From Candidatus Hodarchaeota archaeon (lineage in GTDB: Archaea; Asgardarchaeota; Heimdallarchaeia; Hodarchaeales; Hodarchaeaceae), in contig JAEOTC010000042.1 of NCBI GenBank assembly GCA_016840035.1, positions 1 through 21,998 on the forward strand: a stretch of DNA of 21,998 bases, in the 5' to 3' direction. The notes under the pieces are model-generated. The model saw nothing but the letters and a program-made list of their open reading frames with translations. It made no database searches and was not told where the DNA came from. This document shows positions 8,602 to 16,206 of this stretch, one piece after another (within the stretch, counting starts at the first letter, position 1; every line of letters begins with the position of its first letter). Made by a program: the position numbers and the translations under genes.

Positions 8602-8721
8602 TTATTCACGAATTATGTCTATGGGCTAGTACCCTCAAGAAGATTGGGGCAATCCTTAGATGTATCACCTATTCCATCTAAAACATGCAATGTTCTTTAC
8701 CAAATTATCAGAGACTCTTAG
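8602..8721 (+). pseudogene. Remnant of a COG0731/Tyw1-like radical SAM gene
   Basis: After the RBS AGGAGG (8592-8597) the frame reads [39 protein letters not shown]. This matches the family N-terminus YVFGPVPSRRLGxSLGxxPIPxKTCNxxC as I recall it, broken inside CxxxCxxC. Confidence 0.8.
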
Positions 8722-8838
8722 ATGTTGAATTAAAAAGTAAAATTGGTAAAACTTTCTGTTAATAGAAGGAAATCACTAAATCTAAACACTTGTTTCGTCT
8801 CTCAGAAAAAGAATTAGGAAAAAAGGGGCAATATTCAA

Positions 8839-9216
8839 ATGGTTGAAAAAATAAATGGTTTTTGTCCTTTTCGTGTTCAGACTCCTGACCATCAAGCAGG
8901 ATGCACACTCCTTTTTGGTCTAAATGCTAGGTGCTATACCCAAGAAAAGCGTCCATTAATTAGGAGAAATAATGATTTTATCTGTCCTATTATGAGTATT
9001 CATCTTAGTTTAAATGTCTACGATCAGCTAGAACACTTCCTTGAGCCTATCTTGCGAATTCAAGATGAATTTGAAATTGCGATTAACATTTGGCCGACAC
9101 TTAAGGGACTAGCTAGCTCCTTCTATAATGCAGAATCACATCATGGAGTTAATCTGGTAGAATTAGCAAAGATTATCCAAGACGCATTAGATGAAATCGT
9201 ACTTGAACAGAATTAA
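8839..9216 (+). CDS. Hypothetical protein with four Cys in the N-terminal half
   Basis: 125-aa ORF with a purine-rich RBS (AAGGGG). No family recognised. Confidence 0.6.
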   Translation: MVEKINGFCPFRVQTPDHQAGCTLLFGLNARCYTQEKRPLIRRNNDFICPIMSIHLSLNVYDQLEHFLEPILRIQDEFEIAINIWPTLKGLASSFYNAESHHGVNLVELAKIIQDALDEIVLEQN

Positions 9217-9254
9217 CAAGATAATCAATCGTTTAACATTTTTAGTATATGATG

Positions 9255-10137
9255 ATGGAAAATTCTTAAAAAAGTAATTATACAAATTTTAGTTGACAAT
9301 ATAGCAGGTCCACCAGGAACCCTTGGCGAAGGTGGTTTTTCTGCCATTATAGAAGCATTTTTCTCAGACTCATCCAATTTAAAAGTCTTGTTTGATACTG
9401 GTCCTTCATCGAAAGCATTGGTCAATAATTCTAAGAAATTAAAAACCGATTTTCAGACAATAGATGCTATTGTACTTAGTCATGGGCATTTTGATCATGT
9501 AGGGGGATTAAATGAGGTGATAGATTTAATAGGTAAAAGGGTACCGTTAATTTGCCATCCTCGTGCGCTTATGCCTAAGTTTCTCAAGAGTGAAGATCAA
9601 ATCATCGATGTTGGCATTCAAGGATTTATTGACTCTGATTCTTTGAGAAAAAGGGTTGATTTAATAGCGGTTAGAACTCCTCATGAGCTCAATAATTCAA
9701 TCCTGACTACTGGTGAGATCCCTCGTTTAAATAACTATGAAAAGTTAACAAGAAGATTGAAAGATGTAACGACAATAGATAACAATAAAAGGATACCAGA
9801 TACTCTACAAGACGACCTTTCTTCAATTTTTCATCTCGCAGATGATTCTGTGGTGATCCTATGTGGATGTTGTCACGCAGGGATTGTTAATACAATATCT
9901 TTGGCCACAGAGTTAACAAATTCTAAGAAAATAGTTGGAATCATTGGCGGTCTTCATTTATTCTCAGCATCAGAAGACCGTTTAAGAAATACTGTTGAAG
10001 AATTAAAGAGATATCCTATTGAAACTATGGCACCTTGCCACTGTTCAGGATTTCGGGGTTAGGTAGCTCTCTCCAAAGCCTTTGGTAAGAATTTTCGTGA
10101 AATAAATATCGCATCTAAGACAGAATTCACGATCTAA
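9255..10137 (+). pseudogene. MBL-fold metallo-hydrolase (COG1237-like) with a 5' frameshift and a premature TAG
   Basis: ILVDN...LGEGGFSAIIE...VLFDTG, LSHGHFDHVGGL, CGCCHAG, GGLHL, PCHCSG. The ATG at 9255 is out of frame by one A in AAAA (9259-9262). TAG at 10060-10062 is followed by a family-like C-terminus VALSKAFGKNFREINIASKTEFTI*. Confidence 0.8.
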
Positions 10138-10373
10138 TCCAGTACAAGCTTTCCTATCATCAATTTCATGGGATTATCGGCTTAAATAAGCGTTTAAAAT
10201 CAAGTGTTTGTGATTTATGATAACAACTGTTATTTTGTCCTTCTATTTTCCTCTCTACACTTTTTTGGACATGAGATAAAGACTAAGACATTAAAACAAA
10301 GGTAAATTGAAAATTTCTAATGTAAGTCTTCCAAGTATTTAATACACAGACTTTCTTCACCACTATTGAAGAA

Positions 10374-10709
10374 TTAATCAATAGTTTGGAGGATTACTCG
10401 TAAAGCTGCCACGTATTTTTTAAATATTGCAATCCCCTCTTCAGTAATCTCGACAATTGTCAGTGGTCTCCATGAAATGGCTTTACGTATTGAGACGTAA
10501 CCCATTTTTTTCAGTTTCTTAAGATGATGATCAAGATTCCCCGGAGTTAATTCAAGTACTCGTTGTAATTCAGTGAAACCAATACTCTTATGCAAATAGA
10601 GAAGGAACATAATACTGAAACGTGGTTGTCTAGCTATATCGTCATTTTTACGAAGAAGAGTATGATATGAAGTCAAGCTTATATCATTCGTATCTCTCTC
10701 GTCATCCAT
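10374..10709 (-). CDS. Winged-helix transcriptional regulator (ArsR/MarR-like)
   Basis: PRFSIMFLL...IGFTELQRVLELTPGNLDHHLKKLKKMGYV...VEITEEG. Start overlaps the upstream stop (TAATG). Confidence 0.88.
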   Translation of the reverse strand: MDDERDTNDISLTSYHTLLRKNDDIARQPRFSIMFLLYLHKSIGFTELQRVLELTPGNLDHHLKKLKKMGYVSIRKAISWRPLTIVEITEEGIAIFKKYVAALRVILQTID

Positions 10710-11362
10710 TAGACAGACCCATCGAGGATTTTACCAGCAATATACATCGAGTATAATCCCCCTGATAAAAAGCTATATGCAAAAACAATCGCTGTTGCTA
10801 TATTAGCCAAGGTTCTTAGATCTAAAAATAACATCAATAATAAGGGCCCAGATGATATTAGAAGTATTATTCCAGAGATAAATAGTTCCTTATATTTTCC
10901 ATGAACTTGCTGTAGGAATACATAAGAGGATATTAGTGCGATACTACTTACGATTATATATGAGACTATATTGAATGGTTCTATGACATAGTTCGGAATT
11001 TGAAATAGGATAAACCACATCAGGCCCATGACTACTCCGTGATAATGACTCAAGATGGAGGTTTCTTCCTCCTCCTTTTTGGTACCTAGTTTTACTTTTG
11101 GAACTGATAAAAATATATAAAGAGTAAAACCAGTACCAAGTAAAATTGTTAAAGTTGTAGTAATGAACTTCAGGAATGGCTCCTCTATATCTAGTGTGGA
11201 AGATATTTGAGCATTGAATGTGAACATTATTATTGCTAATGGTAATAGAATTCCCCAAATAGTTAAAACTTTTCCCCATGCTTTACGGTAAAGATAATCT
11301 GTATATCTGTCAACAATCAGGAAAGTTTCACTAATTTTATCTACAGCTTCCATAGTAATCAC
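10709..11362 (-). CDS. Polytopic membrane protein (~6 TM) translationally coupled to the wHTH regulator
   Basis: Repeated hydrophobic segments. 1-nt overlap with the regulator gene. Confidence 0.75.
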   Translation of the reverse strand: MITMEAVDKISETFLIVDRYTDYLYRKAWGKVLTIWGILLPLAIIMFTFNAQISSTLDIEEPFLKFITTTLTILLGTGFTLYIFLSVPKVKLGTKKEEEETSILSHYHGVVMGLMWFILFQIPNYVIEPFNIVSYIIVSSIALISSYVFLQQVHGKYKELFISGIILLISSGPLLLMLFLDLRTLANIATAIVFAYSFLSGGLYSMYIAGKILDGSV

Positions 11363-11625
11363 GAGAAGTCAATTAATCATCAGCTATATAACATAAAGTG
11401 CTTTTCTGTGTTACAAAATTAGCACTTGTGCACAGTTAACAGAGATTTTTGTTTCTATTAAAGAACCTTTAATTTTAAAAATATATCACAGAACGTTAAT
11501 TCTTCCCAAGTTCTATTTTAGGTTTTTTCTATCGTTCATATACAATATAAAGTATGTAAATTAGTAATTTATATCATATTTCTGATTTTTTTCCTTTTTT
11601 AGGTCAAATATTTGAATTTATCAAA

Positions 11626-11660
11626 TTCTGTATTCCAGAGTTTGTTTCTGCATTCCAGAA
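11626..11660. promoter_or_regulatory. Tandem TTCTG-N5-CAGAR palindromic sites upstream of the ABC exporter
   Basis: TTCTGTATTCCAGAG (11626-11640) and TTCTGCATTCCAGAA (11646-11660), starts 20 bp apart. Confidence 0.55.
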
Positions 11661-11727
11661 AATAATTCTATCTTAAAAACATCAGTGATAACATTATTTT
11701 AGATGAAAATTAAAGGTGAAATTGATA

Positions 11728-12678
11728 ATGAATGCAATAGTTGTTAAGAATTTAGTAAAAAATTATGGAACACAAAATATATTGAAAACAGTAAATTTAA
11801 CAATCGAAAAGGGTGAATTTTTTAGTTTGATGGGACCAAATGGGTCAGGAAAATCAACTCTAGTATCTATCATTACTGGAACAACACCTATAACTAAAGG
11901 AGTTGTTAATGTTTATGGTCATAATCTTTTTGAGGAATCTAAAAATGTAAAATCCTTAATTGGGTATGTTCCTCAAGAAAATTTCTCCAGTCCTCGTTTG
12001 ACTGGTAGAGAAAACCTTCTATACTTTGCTCAACTTTCTGGGCAAGATAAAATAACAGCTAAAAAGTGGGTGGATGATATATTGGAAAAAATGGGACTCA
12101 CAGAAGATGCAGATAAACTTGTTTCAAAATATAGCGGGGGTATGCGCAAACGACTTGAAGTAGCTACAGCACTTGTGCCTGGAGTAAAAATACTCATTCT
12201 AGACGAACCAACGACAGGTTTCGATCCTGCTGCTAGGAAGATGTTACTGGGTTCATTACTAGAGATTAACCGCGAGGGAATAACCATTTTTCTTGTTACA
12301 CACATAGGTGAAGACGCAGGTGTTGCTAAAAAGGTAGCTTTCATGAAGAATGGTAAAATAATTTTGCAAGATGACCCTAAAAACTTAAAAATAAGATTTA
12401 AAGAACGAACTACAGTAGACGTAAAACTGGCAATAAAAGATACCCATATTTATAACAAATTATTGAGTTTTAACAAAGGTAGAAAGGTAATTGAGACAGT
12501 AGATGGATATAAGGTCTACTGTGACCGTCCTGAAGAAATTCTTCCCCAAATAAATAATTACTTGAATGATATTGGTTCTCCATCAGCCAAGGTTGAACTG
12601 AATCCAGCTTCACTTGAAGATATTTTCTTCTTTCTTACTCAACAAGAATCTAGATATGATCTGGAGGAAGAAAAATGA
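11728..12678 (+). CDS. ABC-2-type (DrrA-like) exporter ATP-binding subunit
   Basis: Walker A GPNGSGKST, signature YSGGM, Walker B ILILDEP, H-loop VTH, C-terminal SLEDIF. ATG 11728 chosen because of the GGTGA RBS at 11715-11719. Confidence 0.92.
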   Translation: MNAIVVKNLVKNYGTQNILKTVNLTIEKGEFFSLMGPNGSGKSTLVSIITGTTPITKGVVNVYGHNLFEESKNVKSLIGYVPQENFSSPRLTGRENLLYFAQLSGQDKITAKKWVDDILEKMGLTEDADKLVSKYSGGMRKRLEVATALVPGVKILILDEPTTGFDPAARKMLLGSLLEINREGITIFLVTHIGEDAGVAKKVAFMKNGKIILQDDPKNLKIRFKERTTVDVKLAIKDTHIYNKLLSFNKGRKVIETVDGYKVYCDRPEEILPQINNYLNDIGSPSAKVELNPASLEDIFFFLTQQESRYDLEEEK

Positions 12679-13445
12679 ATCAATTTTATGCTTCATATAA
12701 TAGATCAATAAAAGAATATTTGAGGGATAAAGCGATTATAGGATCTACATTCGGTATGCCTTTATTATTCATATTTATTGTGCCTGTTGTGTTTTTTGGA
12801 GATGTTCCTAGAGATTTTTTGCCTACTCTTAAAGGCATGAATACTTTAGCTCAGATTGCTTTAACAGTTATGATCGTTGGACAATCCAATCTTTCAGGTT
12901 CGATTGTTGCTGATAGAGAACGTGGACTTTACAGAAAAATTTCCTCATTGCCTCTTAATCCAGTCAAAGAAGTACTTGGAAGAGTTTTTGCATCGTTGGT
13001 CTTCAGCCTTATAGGTTTAATCTTCCTTTCCCTTGTTGGCCTTATCTATGGTGCAGAATTTTCATTTAGTATTGTTGATCTAATTATCGCCATATTCTTT
13101 CTGCTATTAATTTTTATTGCATCTGTAGGGATTGGTTTAATTATTTCATCAATTATTAATGGAGAATCAGCCGCTACACATTTAGGGATAGGCTTGAGTA
13201 TGTTGATATTCTTCATTGGAATCGGATTTCCGTATACCCAATTACCATCTGAGTTACAAGTATTATCTAAGATTAATCCTTTAACTGCCGCTTATGCCCC
13301 CATTCTTTATTTACTCGAGGGATATGAAGTGCTTGGGTACAATCCACTGACTTTTGTTCAATTAACATCGACCATCGTATTATCAGCTATGTTATTTGGA
13401 ATTGGTCTATTCCTTTATAAGAATGTAGCTTGGAGAAAACGATAA
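12675..13445 (+). CDS. ABC-2-type exporter permease
   Basis: DRERGLYRKISSLP and LPSELQVLSKINPLT motifs, about 6 TM, ATGA overlap with the ATPase gene. Confidence 0.9.
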   Translation: MNQFYASYNRSIKEYLRDKAIIGSTFGMPLLFIFIVPVVFFGDVPRDFLPTLKGMNTLAQIALTVMIVGQSNLSGSIVADRERGLYRKISSLPLNPVKEVLGRVFASLVFSLIGLIFLSLVGLIYGAEFSFSIVDLIIAIFFLLLIFIASVGIGLIISSIINGESAATHLGIGLSMLIFFIGIGFPYTQLPSELQVLSKINPLTAAYAPILYLLEGYEVLGYNPLTFVQLTSTIVLSAMLFGIGLFLYKNVAWRKR

Positions 13446-13510
13446 GATCAAGTGCAAATTCCAGATTTCGCTCTCTCTGTAGGGGGAAGAATATTTTTTC
13501 AAGAATACTT

Positions 13511-15508
13511 CTACCAGATTACGAACAAAATTCTACTTACTATAGCTCCTAATACTAATGCAAGACTTAATTCCGATGCTAAAATTAATAAGGTTTTTCT
13601 CCATTTTAATTCCCGTTTTAGGGCTGCAATTGTTGCCAAACAAGGAAAATAGAAAGTAGTAACCAGAGCAAATACTATCATCTGTATAGGATTTAAAACT
13701 GTCGCTAAATCAGAAGTTCCGAAAAGAGATCCTAATAAGACTACAGCCAGCTCCTTACGTGTTATACCAACTATTAATGCTGTCCCAATCTCTTCTGGAA
13801 GATTCAATAGACCTACTGTAACTGGTAATAATAGCTTATTCAAAATCCCTAGTAGTTCTGTAAGCTCTAGTATTTTTAAAAGAATACTTCCTACTATAAT
13901 TAATGGTAATGCTATGACTAGAAATTCTTTTAGTCTAAACCAAGTTTGTAAAAGTACCACTTTCAAATTGGGCTTTCTTAACGTAACCATTTCCATGATA
14001 AGCCCCATTGGTTCACCTGGAAGTATTTTAGAGGTCAAATTTCCTAAAATCATAATTAAAAATAAAATGAAAACAAATAGAATAATAACCCAATGAAATC
14101 CAAGATAGTTCCCTATAAGTGCAAAAATGATGATTGATTGAGCGGTACAAGGAATCAAAGTAATTACAAAAATTGCTAGCGTACGATCTCGTTGTCTTTC
14201 CATTATGCGACAACCTAAACATCCAGGAACATTGCATCCAATTCCTAGCATACATGGAATGAAAGCTTTTCCGTGTAAGCCAATTATATGCATAAATCTG
14301 TCCATTAAGTATGCTACTCTTGTGATATAGCCAGAATCTTCCAGAACTCCTAAAATAAAATAAAATGGAAGAATATAAGGTAATGCAATTGTAATCCCTC
14401 CCATAAATCCTTCAAAACTGCTCCATAAGATTTCAGATAATTTACCTTTTCCAAAAATCTGATTAAAATCCGGTCTTAAGTTTTCACAACAATTAAGTAG
14501 ATAATTTGAGGTTAAATCACCAAAGAAGAATACACCATAAAGAAGACACAACACAATACCGATTAATAACAGATAACCAAGGACTGGATGGAGAAAGACC
14601 TTATCAAGAAGATCTCTCAAGGAGATTTTCTGTATGGCTTCAATCTGTTGAACATCTCTGCAAATTTGATTAATTTTTCCAAATTTCTCACTAGTGATTA
14701 ATTCTCCGCAAGAATGGCCATGAAACTCTTCTAACGTCTCAATTATAGATTTACTTAATGGGATTATCTCAGTTTCTTTATTGAGATTCTCTTTGTCCTT
14801 ATTGAATTTTCGAGAAGGTTTCTCTTTTTCCCTCTGTATCAGATCAAGAACTAGTTCATCCTCTTCTAGAATTTTGAATGCTACCCATCTTTTTGGATAA
14901 GAAGAAAGAATTCTAGAATTTTTAATAGCATCTTGGAGTCGTTCAAGTTGAAATTCGAGTTCTTGTCCATAAGATATTTTTTTATGTACAACCCCATCTT
15001 TTTTCAAAGCTATCTCAACTATCTTTTCCAAGAGTTTAGTAAAACCTATTCCTCTTGTTGCAATAGTTGGAATCACTGGAATTTCTAATTTCGATTCCAA
15101 TTTCGTAAAGTTAATTCTGATACCTTTTTCGTTTGCAATGTCAATTTGATTAATCAACATAATCATAGGTAATTCGAGTTCCATTAGTTGGAGAGTAAAT
15201 AATAGATTTCGTTCCAAAATTGAACCATCGACGACATTTATTATGATATCAGGCTCTTCAGTTAAAAGAAATTCCCTAGAGATAATTTCTTCAATAGAAT
15301 ATGTACTAAGGGAATAGATTCCAGGTAAATCAATGATCTCAATCTCAAATCCTTTAAAATAAACTGAACCTACTGCTTTTTCCACAGTTTTTCCTGGCCA
15401 ATTTCCAATATGTTGATGCAATCCCGTAAGATAGTTAAAAATAATACTTTTACCTACATTAGCATTTCCCGCCAATGCTACACGAATTTTTTTATAATTA
15501 GTTTTCAT
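13511..15508 (-). CDS. feoB: Ferrous iron transporter B
   Basis: GNANVGKS, GNWPGKTVEK, DLPGIYSL, LEDSGYITR, GLHGKAFIP, GCNVP, IMEM, YFPCLATI. Confidence 0.96.
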   Translation of the reverse strand: MKTNYKKIRVALAGNANVGKSIIFNYLTGLHQHIGNWPGKTVEKAVGSVYFKGFEIEIIDLPGIYSLSTYSIEEIISREFLLTEEPDIIINVVDGSILERNLLFTLQLMELELPMIMLINQIDIANEKGIRINFTKLESKLEIPVIPTIATRGIGFTKLLEKIVEIALKKDGVVHKKISYGQELEFQLERLQDAIKNSRILSSYPKRWVAFKILEEDELVLDLIQREKEKPSRKFNKDKENLNKETEIIPLSKSIIETLEEFHGHSCGELITSEKFGKINQICRDVQQIEAIQKISLRDLLDKVFLHPVLGYLLLIGIVLCLLYGVFFFGDLTSNYLLNCCENLRPDFNQIFGKGKLSEILWSSFEGFMGGITIALPYILPFYFILGVLEDSGYITRVAYLMDRFMHIIGLHGKAFIPCMLGIGCNVPGCLGCRIMERQRDRTLAIFVITLIPCTAQSIIIFALIGNYLGFHWVIILFVFILFLIMILGNLTSKILPGEPMGLIMEMVTLRKPNLKVVLLQTWFRLKEFLVIALPLIIVGSILLKILELTELLGILNKLLLPVTVGLLNLPEEIGTALIVGITRKELAVVLLGSLFGTSDLATVLNPIQMIVFALVTTFYFPCLATIAALKRELKWRKTLLILASELSLALVLGAIVSRILFVIW

Positions 15509-15575
15509 GTGTTACCATGACCATTCTAATAATAAATTTAGAAGAATGCAGTTACAGTTCGAAAGAAAATTTCCT

Positions 15576-15848
15576 CTAATATCGGATATATATTTTTCCA
15601 GCAATCCCACGACCTAAAACTAAAGACGAACCTCTTACTCGAAGAATTACTGGTCCAGTAAAAGGAGATTTATTCAAGATAGTTATTTCTGTCCCTATTG
15701 TTAATCCAAGATCACTAAGTCGCTGATTAACCCCTCTACCACCTTTAATTTCAACTATATTTCCAGATTGTCCAATATTCAAATCAAGTACCGTTTTAAT
15801 TGACCTATTAACAGTACTTTTCTCTTTCTTAATAGAATGGAAAGACAT
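15576..15848 (-). CDS. feoA: Ferrous iron transport protein A
   Basis: QRLSDLGLTIGTEI...GPVILRVRGSSLVLGRGIAGKI, directly upstream of feoB. Confidence 0.93.
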   Translation of the reverse strand: MSFHSIKKEKSTVNRSIKTVLDLNIGQSGNIVEIKGGRGVNQRLSDLGLTIGTEITILNKSPFTGPVILRVRGSSLVLGRGIAGKIYIRY

Positions 15849-15874
15849 GCCCTTCGTTTTACCTTAGGATATTC

Positions 15875-15884
15875 TTTTATAAAA
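15875..15884 (-). promoter_or_regulatory. Putative TATA box for feoAB
   Basis: TTTTATAAAA about 27-36 bp upstream of the feoA ATG. Confidence 0.45.
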
Positions 15885-16175
15885 ATGTTCACAAACGAAA
15901 ACTTATTACAATTGATCAAGAATTACTCGGGAATAAAGATTATCAGTTAGATCAAGAATTTTTGTTTCAATATTCCCTGTCAGAATACGTCGTTTCTTTC
16001 AAATGGAACAAATTTTACTACTTCTTCTAGGTAACATTGAATAAATGGAATTTATCTTCATAATCGAAGTTTTAGAAAGATTAGAAAGCCTTTTAGAATT
16101 ATTGAGATAATTCTATTAAAAGTGAGATGAAATTTGGGGGAGGTACGATAATCGGAAATAAATTCAAAATTGCAG

Positions 16176-16198
16176 CAAAAAAAAAGGGGAAAATAGGG
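16176..16198 (-). terminator. Archaeal pyrimidine/oligo-U terminator after the substrate-binding protein gene
   Basis: Minus strand CCCTATTTTCCCCTTTTTTTTTG shortly after the stop at 16207. Confidence 0.6.
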
Positions 16199-16206
16199 TA
16201 TTACAC

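Noticed and set aside
9225-9425. 66-aa minus-strand ORF
   Set aside because: It is antisense to the conserved N-terminus of the MBL-fold gene.
10060-10062. Pyrrolysine recoding of the in-frame TAG in the MBL-fold gene
   Set aside because: TAG is the ordinary stop of nine apparently complete genes in this window (e.g. feoA, feoB, ZIP, CDF, SBP). No pyl genes are visible, and the same gene also has a 5' frameshift.
15914-16042. DtxR/Fur-type iron box upstream of feoAB (GATCAAGAATT x2; distant imperfect inverted repeat)
   Set aside because: No compact palindrome matching known consensus sites. The short repeats are plausible by chance in AT-rich DNA.
15906-16061. Possible decayed second feoA (MKINSIYSMLPRRSSKICSI*KKRRILTGNIETKILDL...) upstream of feoA
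   Set aside because: Only a vague hydrophobic-pattern similarity, and the conserved LG/G motifs are missing. It would need a profile search to support.
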